Below are positions 28,821 to 37,451 of a DNA stretch of 64,000 nt, piece by piece. This stretch comes from Candidatus Woesearchaeota archaeon. GTDB taxonomy: Archaea > Nanobdellota > Nanobdellia > Woesearchaeales > SM23-78. The notes below the pieces were generated by a model. That model did not search any database. It was not told where the DNA came from and saw nothing but the letters and a program-made list of their open reading frames with translations. Location: NCBI GenBank assembly GCA_019322375.1, contig JAHWIP010000003.1, forward strand, positions 6,792-70,791, in the 5' to 3' direction. The translations under genes were made by a program, and so were the position numbers. Each line of letters starts with the position of its first letter. Positions within the stretch are counted from its first letter, which is position 1.

Positions 28821-29609
28821 TTACTCCCCCAACCCCATCTCTTTTAGCACATAATCCTGCATGCTTCTGCTCTTCTTGTTTATACTTGAAAAATATTTTT
28901 CTCCTAGAAGAAGTCCTGCCACTCTTTCATACTCTTTGCTGGCTTTGCTTTTTGGATGGCTGTGAGTAACAGGATACTTTTTCTTTTGGGCTTTTCTCAC
29001 GCTTTTATCATAAGGTATTGCTCCGATAACAGGAATATTCAGGAGTTTTTCAACTTCATTAACTTTTAATTCGTGCTTATCCTCTTTGACTTTGTTAACA
29101 ACAACTCCAAGAATGGTTTTTCCAAGCTCCTGCGCTACCTGGATTGTTTTCTGGGCATCAAGCACAGAGCTGAGCTCAGGATTAATTATAATTAATACTT
29201 CATCACTTGCTTCTATTGCACTAATCGCTTCTCTGCTAAGCCCTGCTCCGCTGTCTAATAAGATAATATCTGCTTCTCCTTCAAGGTCTCTGATAGTGTT
29301 TTTTAGTTTTTCAAACTTTAATCTTTTTAAGTCATGCACATTGCTTATAGTGGGAACAAGCCTTAAGCCTGATTCATGAGTGTATATTGCTTGTTTTAGA
29401 GAAGCTTCATCTCTTAACACACTCATCAAAGTCTTTCTTAGAACAGGAGCTCCTAAATGGATATTAACATTAGGGGTTGTAAGATTAGCGTCCACTAATA
29501 ATGTTTTTTTATGCTTGCCCATGGCATGAGCCAGGCTAATGGCGCTGGTAGTCTTGCCTACTCCTCCTTTGCCACTAACAATGCAGATGTAACGGCTCAA
29601 AAAAAACAC
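28821..29609 (-). CDS. MinD/ParA-family P-loop ATPase
   Basis: Deviant Walker A VSGKGGVGKTT; Walker B LLDSGAG. Confidence 0.7.
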   Translation of the reverse strand: MFFLSRYICIVSGKGGVGKTTSAISLAHAMGKHKKTLLVDANLTTPNVNIHLGAPVLRKTLMSVLRDEASLKQAIYTHESGLRLVPTISNVHDLKRLKFEKLKNTIRDLEGEADIILLDSGAGLSREAISAIEASDEVLIIINPELSSVLDAQKTIQVAQELGKTILGVVVNKVKEDKHELKVNEVEKLLNIPVIGAIPYDKSVRKAQKKKYPVTHSHPKSKASKEYERVAGLLLGEKYFSSINKKSRSMQDYVLKEMGLGE

Positions 29610-29623
29610 CTCTTTTTTTATGG

Positions 29624-30079
29624 TTACTCATTAACCTTGTTCTCAACCCATTCATGAAACTCTTTTATCATGTTATAGTAATCTGTTGCTATATCTATAT
29701 CCACTGTGACTTCTTTATCATCAATTATTGTTCTCAGAGTGACGTGCCGTCTGAATTCCTGCTCTTTTTTAGGATTAGTTTTAATAATCTTTCTTAGTAA
29801 AAAGTAGAGCTCCATGTTCTTCTGAACAATATCATCTGTAAAGAGCTGTTTTACAAGATTGCCTTTTTCCAAAGGGGTCTTGGGTATGTGCTCTTCTAGT
29901 CTCATTTTTTTATCAACAGCCAGTTTTAACAAGCAGTCTATCAAGCAGTTATAAGCATCTATCATTCTGCCAATAGTATTCATAAGCACATCCACTGTTC
30001 TTGTGTATTTCAAACTAACATATATCTGGTGGTCTACTCTTTTCAGCTCATCAAGGGCTTCTTGTAAAGATTCTTTCAT
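29624..30079 (-). CDS. Hypothetical helical protein, paralog of 30051-30545
   Basis: Shared N-terminal pattern (VDHQIYVSLKYTRTVDVLMNTI vs ADHMLFMTYPLVKDPKLLLAII); in an operon with the MinD-like gene. Confidence 0.45.
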   Translation of the reverse strand: MKESLQEALDELKRVDHQIYVSLKYTRTVDVLMNTIGRMIDAYNCLIDCLLKLAVDKKMRLEEHIPKTPLEKGNLVKQLFTDDIVQKNMELYFLLRKIIKTNPKKEQEFRRHVTLRTIIDDKEVTVDIDIATDYYNMIKEFHEWVENKVNE

Positions 30080-30545
30080 GCTGGCTCACGATTTTGTTTA
30101 TATTATCCACAAAAACCTTGGTTTCAAAAATATATTTTTTTACCAGGTTAATATCAATGGTTTTTAAGCTGTAGCTAGGAGAGCAGATAACAAACTTGTC
30201 TTTTCTTGCGAATTCAACAGGGCTTTTTTTATGCTCAGAGATTATTGTTCTTACATCATTTATCAGCTTGGCATGGCTTGGGCTGAGCTTGTACCTGGGC
30301 ACCATCTTGCTCTTAAAAATATCAAACCTGGAAGGGAAGGTATCATGATAAGGAGGAATCCTCTTAAACAGTCTTTCATGCTGCAATAAAGCACTCATGC
30401 CAAAATCAAGGCTTGCAAATATATTTTCAATAATAGCCAGCAATAACTTAGGGTCTTTTACCAGGGGATAAGTCATAAAAAGCATGTGGTCAGCTACTTT
30501 TATCTTTTGTAGAGCCTTATCTCTCAGAATCTGGAATTCTTCCAT
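30051..30545 (-). CDS. Hypothetical helical protein, paralog of 29624-30079
   Basis: 164 aa; overlaps the downstream paralog by 29 nt. Confidence 0.45.
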   Translation of the reverse strand: MEEFQILRDKALQKIKVADHMLFMTYPLVKDPKLLLAIIENIFASLDFGMSALLQHERLFKRIPPYHDTFPSRFDIFKSKMVPRYKLSPSHAKLINDVRTIISEHKKSPVEFARKDKFVICSPSYSLKTIDINLVKKYIFETKVFVDNINKIVSQHERIFTRSP

Positions 30546-30634
30546 GCTAATTCATTTCACCCTCAAGAATATTAAGCACAGAAAGTATATAAATCTTTGT
30601 GTTGGGAAGTATTTCTTTGTGTTAAGAACTAGTT

Positions 30635-30976
30635 TTACTCCTTCTTCAACTTTAAAATAGCTTCTGCAAGGTCTCCTTTGCATTCCTCAATAGCAGCTTT
30701 AGCATCCTTTTCAGAAGCATCTGTCTGCTCCATCACAGTTTTGACATCATCATCACTAATATCAGGTGTAGAATCAAGTTCTCTGATCTCTTCTTCACCA
30801 ACAACCTGGTAAGTCTGTTGCCCCATCATGTTAACCTTGGACACACTAGGGTTAGAAATAACAATCTCTTTGTCCTCAAGCTTAATAATAACTTCTTTAG
30901 CATCTATTTCCTGCTGCTGAATACCCATACGTTTCATGGCCTGCTTCATTTGTCTAGGATTCATACCCGGGATCAT
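30635..30976 (-). CDS. nac: Nascent polypeptide-associated complex alpha subunit (NAC domain plus C-terminal UBA)
   Basis: MIPGMNPRQMKQAMKRMGI...VIIKLEDKEIVISNPSV...; UBA-like SEKDAKAAIEECKGDLAEAILKL. Confidence 0.75.
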   Translation of the reverse strand: MIPGMNPRQMKQAMKRMGIQQQEIDAKEVIIKLEDKEIVISNPSVSKVNMMGQQTYQVVGEEEIRELDSTPDISDDDVKTVMEQTDASEKDAKAAIEECKGDLAEAILKLKKE

Positions 30977-30992
30977 TTAAACACCTCTTAAT

Positions 30993-31160
30993 CTAAAAGC
31001 CTCCACCTTGAAGATGAAGAATAATAACAATAATAACAACAAGAATTACAAGAACAATTACATGCTCTGGCTTGAACTCAATCTTAGACTTATAATCATC
31101 AAAATACCTGGTAATACCTGCTCCTGAGCTAGGCATCTGAATCTTGTCTTGTTTTCCCAT
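30993..31160 (-). CDS. Sec61-beta (archaeal SecG/Sbh1) translocon subunit, 55 aa, missed by the ORF track
   Basis: Manually translated MGKQDKIQMPSSGAGITRYFDDYKSKIEFKPEHVIVLVILVVIIVIILHLQGGGF. Matches the archaeal Sec61-beta pattern SAGLIRYxDE...KIxVKPEHV plus a C-terminal TM. Confidence 0.7.
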   Translation of the reverse strand: MGKQDKIQMPSSGAGITRYFDDYKSKIEFKPEHVIVLVILVVIIVIILHLQGGGF

Positions 31161-31195
31161 AGTTTTAAGGAGTTAAAAGGTGTTTAAAAAGGTTA

Positions 31196-31633
31196 TTATT
31201 TAAACAGATGTTCTTTTATTTTTTCAATCCTTTTTTGGTTGCATTCTATTATTTCTAATTCACACATATTTATGAATTCATTTATGGTTTCAAGGTTTGG
31301 AGGCTTTGGCTTTTTTAGATAGTACTGTGTGTTAATTCTGTTTTCTTTTAAGCCTTCAAGGAAATCTGTGAATCTTTTGAGTCTTTCATAGTGTTGTGTT
31401 AGAAGAATACTGCATGAATGTATTTCGCTTTTGATCCCATACCTAATGAGTAAAGCAGATAACGCATTGTAGCATGCATAATAAGAGATTATTACCTTCC
31501 AAATAGGATTTTGTCTTTCTATGTTTTCCTGGTCTAATTTTGCTCTTTTAAGGTATGAATCTGAAAGGTTTTTGTTTGGATGAATTAGTTTTATTCCTTT
31601 TGGTTGTTTTAAGCACCATTTTAATTGTTCCAT
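31196..31633 (-). CDS. HEPN-domain protein (toxin-like partner of the upstream MNT)
   Basis: YYACYNALSALLIRYGIKSEIHSCSILLTQHYE resembles the HEPN helix with an R...H motif; 13-nt overlap with the MNT gene. Confidence 0.5.
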   Translation of the reverse strand: MEQLKWCLKQPKGIKLIHPNKNLSDSYLKRAKLDQENIERQNPIWKVIISYYACYNALSALLIRYGIKSEIHSCSILLTQHYERLKRFTDFLEGLKENRINTQYYLKKPKPPNLETINEFINMCELEIIECNQKRIEKIKEHLFK

Positions 31634-32199
31634 TCCAGCACCATTTTTGCGAATTCATTATAATTACCAAACAAGACATGGTTTTTTATTACCTCAACTG
31701 CTAATGTATTCTTGTTTTTATAGAGTTTCCTGAATTCGTTTAAGGTGATGAAATGAGCATGTGCTTTATTAATCTTGCCAAGAATTTTTCGTATTTTTTG
31801 ACTTTTTTTCGCAAAAATTACTAAATCCAAGTCTGAATCTTTTATATTGGTTTTTAAGGCGTGACTCCCGAATATTACAAAATCTGCTTCTTTATGAAGT
31901 TCAGTTAAGATTGGTTTTAATAAAGGGTTTTTCTCTAGGAATTCCAGAGCTCTGTATGTTTCTGTCATTGTAAGGACAAATTCTGTGTTAAGGTTCTTTT
32001 TTAGGAAGTATTGTTTTATTTTTCCTTTAATTTCATAATCAAGAATGTTGTTTTCAACCAGCCCGCTTAGTTCTTTGCTGATTATTTTAATATCTGTCTT
32101 TGTAATCCTTTCTAGTTCTCTCATATAAGCTTCTTTTTTTTCTTTTTCAATAAGAGCCTGCATTATTTTAAAAATATTATTGTTGAATTTATTCATCAT
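31621..32199 (-). CDS. Minimal nucleotidyltransferase (MNT) with an N-terminal wHTH; HEPN/MNT module
   Basis: VIFGSHALKTNIKDSDLDLVIF (GSx9-13DxD). Confidence 0.6.
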   Translation of the reverse strand: MMNKFNNNIFKIMQALIEKEKKEAYMRELERITKTDIKIISKELSGLVENNILDYEIKGKIKQYFLKKNLNTEFVLTMTETYRALEFLEKNPLLKPILTELHKEADFVIFGSHALKTNIKDSDLDLVIFAKKSQKIRKILGKINKAHAHFITLNEFRKLYKNKNTLAVEVIKNHVLFGNYNEFAKMVLEWNN

Positions 32200-32266
32200 A
32201 TGTTGAAATAATTCAACAAAGTTTATAAATTTTGCTGAAAATTGATGCGTAATTTAGAAAACTTAA

Positions 32267-32626
32267 GGTAGAGCAGTTATAAGCCGCCTTTTGTCAGCCT
32301 CCACGTCTTGCATGGGCAGGCTGTGCTTAACATTCTACTAAGCGTCTCAAAGGACTTGCACCAGTGAGGACTCGCCGTTTCACCCATTCCCATGGCTTAA
32401 AGCGGTCGGGTTGTTAACTCGCGCCCTGTTGCCAGAGTGCTTCATTACCCTCATTCCTATCCATAGGTGGTCTCGTTTCTGAGCCGTTGCCCTGGCTTTC
32501 ACCAGCTAGCTTCCACTAGTCACTTTTCATGGTGGGCGGACTTTCCTAAGCAGAACAAGTCAAAACCGCGCCTTTGAAAGCGCAGGAAATGATAGGTCCT
32601 ACCTGCTGTTAAGCCACTGCCCTACC
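32267..32626 (-). ncRNA. rnpB: RNase P RNA
   Basis: On the minus strand: CR-I GGAAAGUCCG, CR-II GGGUGAAACGGCG, CR-IV-like GACAAAAGGCGGCUUAUA. The P1 helix pairs 5' GGUAGGGCAG (32617-32626) with 3' CUGCUCUACC (32267-32276). GC-rich, no ORF. Confidence 0.7.
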
Positions 32627-32754
32627 TGTGCATAAGAGGGTTTTAAGGGTTTAAAAAGCTTATCTTTTTTCGCCTCTATAGTAACATTTAAATACTAATA
32701 ATTTCAAGGATAAGAGATAGGATTTAATACTTAAAAAAATAGAGGTGATTATCC

Positions 32755-33042
32755 ATGGATAAAAAAGCCCAGGGTCTGAGTATGAATGTTATTATAATAG
32801 CAGCAATAGCTCTTTTAGTGCTTATCATTCTTGCTGTTCTTATCCTGAGAGCAGGTAAAGGAGTGACTGAAGGTACAGGGTGCAGAGGTGTTGGAGGAAT
32901 TTGTTATTCTAGCTGCACAGACTTGATTGAGGACAGAGGCGGAATGTGGGTTAAGAATCTTCCTAACAGCGGAAAGAATGGTGGCTGTTCAATAGACCAG
33001 GTTTGCTGTGTTGAACTATTAGAAACACCTGAGGATTACTAA
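32755..33042 (+). CDS. Small pilin-like Cys-rich protein (class III signal peptide KAQG|LSMNVIIIAAIALLVLIIL)
   Basis: 95 aa; SD AGGTGA upstream; 8 Cys ending in the VCC motif. Paralog of the next two genes. Confidence 0.55.
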   Translation: MDKKAQGLSMNVIIIAAIALLVLIILAVLILRAGKGVTEGTGCRGVGGICYSSCTDLIEDRGGMWVKNLPNSGKNGGCSIDQVCCVELLETPEDY

Positions 33043-33044
33043 AA

Positions 33045-33335
33045 ATGAAGTTCTTGAATAATAAGAAAGGAGTCCAGCTAACCCTTTCTACAGTGGTTAT
33101 TGCAGTGCTTGTAATCATTGTGCTCATAGTGTTGATAGTGATTTTTACCCAGGGAACAGGCTTGTTCAACATAGGAATAACCAGCTGCGCTGATAGGGGA
33201 GGTAATTGTAATTACGAATCAGCAGATCAATGCGTTGATACTGGCGGCAGTGTTTACAGGTTTGGCAAGTGCACCGACGGGGTTTGCTGTATTCCTAAGG
33301 ACAAGCTTTCAGGGCAAGATGATAATCAAGACTAA
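33045..33335 (+). CDS. Small pilin-like Cys-rich protein (KKG|VQLTLSTVVIAVLVIIVL)
   Basis: 96 aa; Cys pattern C..C....C....G..C..GVCC shared with its neighbours. Confidence 0.55.
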   Translation: MKFLNNKKGVQLTLSTVVIAVLVIIVLIVLIVIFTQGTGLFNIGITSCADRGGNCNYESADQCVDTGGSVYRFGKCTDGVCCIPKDKLSGQDDNQD

Positions 33336-35157
33336 TAAGAAGAGGGCTGAGCTCACTATAACCCAAGTAGTACTCATGGTTCTGGGTGTAGTTGTTCTTA
33401 TTGTGCTGCTTTTTGTTTTGAAAATAATACCCACAGGAATTAGAAGTCTTACGAGCTGCTCTGACTGGGGGCAGTGCAGGCCAGGAAATGTTTGCGCACC
33501 AAATGAATACATAAAATTTGAAGCAAAGGATGACTGTCCTGCAAACCATGTGTGCTGCGTGCCTACAACCACAAGGCCAGGACCTCTTCAGGATTTTAAT
33601 GAAAAAGAGCTTGAATACCTGAGAAATGCTATTATCATAAAGCTTAACAATGACCCTACGCCTATAAGCGATGTAGCAAGCCTTAACTTAAAAGTTGATA
33701 CTAATTATACATTTCGTATAAGTATTAATGATAAGCTCACCAAGGATAAAAAAACAAGTGAAAAGCTTGGCCCTTGCGCTGTTTATGTGGTTGACACAAG
33801 AGAAGCAGGCAAGAAATATTTATTAACAAATAAAGGCTGGGACTTGATTCTTTCTGACAAAGAGATTGATTTGAGCGGCATAGAGCTGGCTGAGTGCACT
33901 GAAGAAAGCATTAGGTTAAAAAAATATTCTCCTTCACTAAATGATGTTTACAAGGACTTGGTGCTGTATGTTATTCTTTTGGATAAGGAAGTTGTTGATG
34001 CACTTGAAGTATTAGAAACACACGACCCTGGCTTTGTTAAACTAACTGCTCCTGGGTTTGGCAGTGGAATTAATCTCCCTGATAGGGGGATGGCAGCTTT
34101 TTATAATCTCACAACAATGTACAGCAATGTTGACCACTGGCTTGCTTACAGAGCCATAAGACTTAATGTTGAGCCAGTAGTCCAGATTAGTGGTATGAGC
34201 GGAATATGGGTTGACAAGGACCCAATAACCATATCCTGCCCTGATGTTACCTGCATCAGGTTTGGCTTAAAACTAGTGAAACTAAAAGACAATGATTATT
34301 TACAGTTGGTAGAAGAGTGCAAGAAGCCAGAAGGCTTTAAGTACACTCTTGATTATGTTGCAGGAACAACAACAAAAACAACAGGCATACCATTGAACAT
34401 TAATATTGGAGGTTTCAGGATTCCTCCTCAAAGACAAAAACTCCAGTACATTGTAAGCCAAAAACCAATAACTGTTGTTAATAATAAAGCAGATGTTTTG
34501 ATTGACAGGGCTACCATGCTAAAAACCTTTTACTCAGGAGACCACGAGTTATTAATCGAGGACACTACTTATCTTTGCGTAGAAGCCACCAAGGATGACG
34601 GCTCAAAGGTTCATGGGCTCTCAGAGCAGCCTATTAAAGTGGATGTTTTTCCGCCCATGGTTGACCCTGACAAGGATGTGCAGTTATTTTATCCAGACCC
34701 AGTGATCTCATCAGACATATCAACCCCTTATTATTACAGGAAGTACCCTAAGATTGTTGTTTCTGGATGCTATGATTATGGCCAGAGCGGATGCACTAAT
34801 TATGATTACTATATTCATTCAGGAGAATTTGTTAATCTAAGGTCTCTGACAGCAGAGTGGGAGATAGGAATTGCTTCTTTGATACTAACAGAGGGCTTGA
34901 ATGCCCTGCTCACTTATTTTGCAGAAAAAGATGCTGTCAACACTATATGCCCGTTTATAACCAGCCATTCTTACACAAGAAACACCCGCAATGAGATAAG
35001 AATCCCAAGGCAAGGGCAGGGCATAATATGCATCAGGGTTAGTGACAAAGTAGGCAACAAAGACATTATCTGGAAGGTGCTCTGGACACCTGAAGAGATG
35101 TTCAAGAAAATTATTGCAGAAGGAGTGGCAGAGGCAGAAGAAGCAGTGACTGGATAG
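33319..35157 (+). CDS. Large pilin-like protein (KKRA|ELTITQVVLMVLGVVVLIVL) with an N-terminal Cys-knot-like module
   Basis: ATG at 33319 inside track ORF 33235-35157; the first 28 codons overlap the previous gene. Same C...HVCC module, then ~520 aa of unknown ectodomain. Confidence 0.55.
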   Translation: MIIKTNKKRAELTITQVVLMVLGVVVLIVLLFVLKIIPTGIRSLTSCSDWGQCRPGNVCAPNEYIKFEAKDDCPANHVCCVPTTTRPGPLQDFNEKELEYLRNAIIIKLNNDPTPISDVASLNLKVDTNYTFRISINDKLTKDKKTSEKLGPCAVYVVDTREAGKKYLLTNKGWDLILSDKEIDLSGIELAECTEESIRLKKYSPSLNDVYKDLVLYVILLDKEVVDALEVLETHDPGFVKLTAPGFGSGINLPDRGMAAFYNLTTMYSNVDHWLAYRAIRLNVEPVVQISGMSGIWVDKDPITISCPDVTCIRFGLKLVKLKDNDYLQLVEECKKPEGFKYTLDYVAGTTTKTTGIPLNINIGGFRIPPQRQKLQYIVSQKPITVVNNKADVLIDRATMLKTFYSGDHELLIEDTTYLCVEATKDDGSKVHGLSEQPIKVDVFPPMVDPDKDVQLFYPDPVISSDISTPYYYRKYPKIVVSGCYDYGQSGCTNYDYYIHSGEFVNLRSLTAEWEIGIASLILTEGLNALLTYFAEKDAVNTICPFITSHSYTRNTRNEIRIPRQGQGIICIRVSDKVGNKDIIWKVLWTPEEMFKKIIAEGVAEAEEAVTG

Positions 35158-35229
35158 CAAGTTAACTTAACATCTCCCTTCTTAATAAAACCGAAAGTTT
35201 ATTATAATTCTGTTATGATAGATTAGGAT

Positions 35230-35334
35230 ATGAAAAAAGGAGATTTGTCAACACTGGCAACTGTTATAATTATATTATTAACTCTTGTGTTTATAATCTT
35301 TATTTTCGGAAGAATCTATGGGTGGTGGGGTTGA
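35230..35334 (+). CDS. Tiny 34-aa pilin-like ORF (MKKGDLSTLATVIIILLTLVFIIFIFGRIYGWWG)
   Basis: KKG|DLSTL plus a hydrophobic helix only; below the ORF-track cutoff. Confidence 0.3.
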   Translation: MKKGDLSTLATVIIILLTLVFIIFIFGRIYGWWG

Positions 35335-35339
35335 AAAGG

Positions 35340-36299
35340 ATGAGCAGGATTAATAAAAAAGCAGGATTAAGCACATTACAAACAATTATCATTATCCTGC
35401 TCATATTTGTTGTTCTATTAATCTTTTACCAGGACTTAAGAGCAACTCTGTTAAAAAAATCTAACAGAGAGATATGCAGGGCTACTGCTCTTGCCCAGTC
35501 TGTTGCTGTGTGGGCGCCTGAAGGAGAGAATTTGGTTAGTCTTGAATGCAAGACTTACAAGGTTGTGTTTTTTGAAGACCATGTTGAGATTAATGATGAA
35601 ATAATTGAGGTGTATGACCCCAGGAAAAAAGATGTTGTTAAAAAGTTTAATGGCTTAACAGAGGACATTGTTAACTGGGTGATTGCAGAGGAGCTCAGAT
35701 GGTGCTGGTGGCAGTTTCTTGAAGGAAAAAAAAGCTTGTTAAACATGAAGAACTTTTTTGGCTCAGCAGAAAGAACCTGTTTTTTATGCACTGAAATAAC
35801 TTTTGATGAATCAGTTAAGACTGATGAATTCAAAAACTTCTTTAAGTACACCAAGGAAAAAACAATGCCTAATTCTGAAATGACTTATTACCAGTACTAT
35901 GCTGAGGAGCCCAGGAAGTGCATCTGGAGGTATGAAGAGATTATTGATGCAGATAATTGCTGGGAAGCCTATGCACAGGGCATCTCGCCTAATATAATAA
36001 CCAGCACTGTACAGCATTTTAAAGAGGCATTTAGCCATTGCTCAGGCATAATACCTGCTCTTTCAACTTACTGGTCTTCTGTAACGCATTATAGTGTTGT
36101 TAAAAACATAACCTTTGAGAAAGATAAAAAGTATGCTGTGACTTTTGTAAGGGAAGGAGCAACCTCAAGGCATCTTGAGCTAGAAAAATTAGTAAAAGGA
36201 GAGACTGATTGTTTTTTTGAAACTTATTTTTCATATGTAATCCCTTCTGATGAACTAGGAAAGCACTGCGGCCCTGTGAGAAGAGGCTCTATGAAATAA
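35340..36299 (+). CDS. Pilin-like protein (KKAG|LSTLQTIIIILLIFVVLLIF), paralog of 36301-37197
   Basis: ATG at 35340. Shared ectodomain pattern C....C...CWW..F..G...F.G...C..C..ITFDE with the next gene. Confidence 0.55.
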   Translation: MSRINKKAGLSTLQTIIIILLIFVVLLIFYQDLRATLLKKSNREICRATALAQSVAVWAPEGENLVSLECKTYKVVFFEDHVEINDEIIEVYDPRKKDVVKKFNGLTEDIVNWVIAEELRWCWWQFLEGKKSLLNMKNFFGSAERTCFLCTEITFDESVKTDEFKNFFKYTKEKTMPNSEMTYYQYYAEEPRKCIWRYEEIIDADNCWEAYAQGISPNIITSTVQHFKEAFSHCSGIIPALSTYWSSVTHYSVVKNITFEKDKKYAVTFVREGATSRHLELEKLVKGETDCFFETYFSYVIPSDELGKHCGPVRRGSMK

Positions 36300-36300
36300 A

Positions 36301-37197
36301 ATGAACAAGAAAGCCATTGTGTTTGACAAACTCATGACAGCTGTTCTGATAATCATTGTGCTGGCTGTTTTTATTTTTTTCCTGGTAAAGATAAAAATCC
36401 ATGCCTTAAAAATTGTTGAGGATTCTGAGTGCAAAGCAAGCATTATCAGCCATGCAACTCTTTTAAGGGTGACTGGAGAAGACACAACACCAGACATTCA
36501 CTGCCCTACCAAATATTATACTCTTCCAAAAGAAAGCAATGAAGAAATAAAGCATTATATTGCTGATTCATTAAAGACCTGCTGGGGAACCTGGGGCAAA
36601 GGAGAGCTTCAGTTATTTAACCAGCAAGGCTATTACTGCCATGTGTGCTCTGTGATTGATTTTGATGATAAAACAAAAAAAATACAAGGCCTGAACAATT
36701 ACCTGATTAATACGCCAACAGATAAAGATACCCCTCTCACATACATGGACTACCTCACAGGTTATGCATCTGAAAAAGCAGACCCTGCATTAATACAAGA
36801 GGTTCAGGAAAAAGGTTTTTCAGACACCATACACACTTCAAAGCCTTATGCAGTCATGTTTGTTTATGCCAAAGGAAAAACAGGTGTTAAAGCATTTCTT
36901 GATGGCATGGATGCTCTTGGCCTGGGAACAACAGGAGGAGGAATCACTACAGGGCTTGCACTGGGCTCAGCAGCAGGCATAGGGCTGGCAGCAGCAGGAG
37001 TGGCAAGTGGTGGAGCAGCAATTGTTATAGCAGGAGCAGTCACAGCTGCTGGCGGAGTGATAGGCTATATAACAGCAGATGATACTCACTGGATAGCCCT
37101 TACATTGTTCACAGAATACAATGCTGAAACCCTGAAAAGCATTGGGTGCGAGATAGCCCCTGCAAAGCAGGACAGAAAAACTGATGAAACTGGTTAA
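36301..37197 (+). CDS. Pilin-like protein with a shared Cys module and a C-terminal Gly/Ala-rich glycine-zipper hydrophobic segment
   Basis: 298 aa; the stop of the previous gene overlaps its ATG (TAAAATG); GLGTTGGGITTGLALGSAAGIGLAAAGVASGGAAIVIAGAVTAAGGVIGYI. Confidence 0.55.
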   Translation: MNKKAIVFDKLMTAVLIIIVLAVFIFFLVKIKIHALKIVEDSECKASIISHATLLRVTGEDTTPDIHCPTKYYTLPKESNEEIKHYIADSLKTCWGTWGKGELQLFNQQGYYCHVCSVIDFDDKTKKIQGLNNYLINTPTDKDTPLTYMDYLTGYASEKADPALIQEVQEKGFSDTIHTSKPYAVMFVYAKGKTGVKAFLDGMDALGLGTTGGGITTGLALGSAAGIGLAAAGVASGGAAIVIAGAVTAAGGVIGYITADDTHWIALTLFTEYNAETLKSIGCEIAPAKQDRKTDETG

Positions 37198-37280
37198 AAA
37201 ACTTAATTTGGTGATTTAGTTAAAGCGAAAGCATTAAAAAACACAAAAGCATAAAAAATCTTGAAACAAGAGGTTTTAAC

Positions 37281-37442
37281 ATGAGTTATGGCATGAACCG
37301 TATGAACAAGAAAGCCCAGGAAACAATGAGTCCTGAAGGCGGCACACTAAGAATAATATGGTTTGTGATTGTCTTATTAGTACTTATTATTATTGTTTAT
37401 TTTGTTGCAACAAATTTTAAACTAATCAAACTGCCATTTTGA
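37281..37442 (+). CDS. Small 53-aa pilin-like ORF (…NKKAQETMSPEGGTLRIIWFVIVLLVLIIIVYFVATNF…)
   Basis: Manually translated 54 codons; charged N-region then a hydrophobic helix; below the ORF-track cutoff. Confidence 0.3.
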   Translation: MSYGMNRMNKKAQETMSPEGGTLRIIWFVIVLLVLIIIVYFVATNFKLIKLPF

Positions 37443-37451
37443 GGTTAAGAA

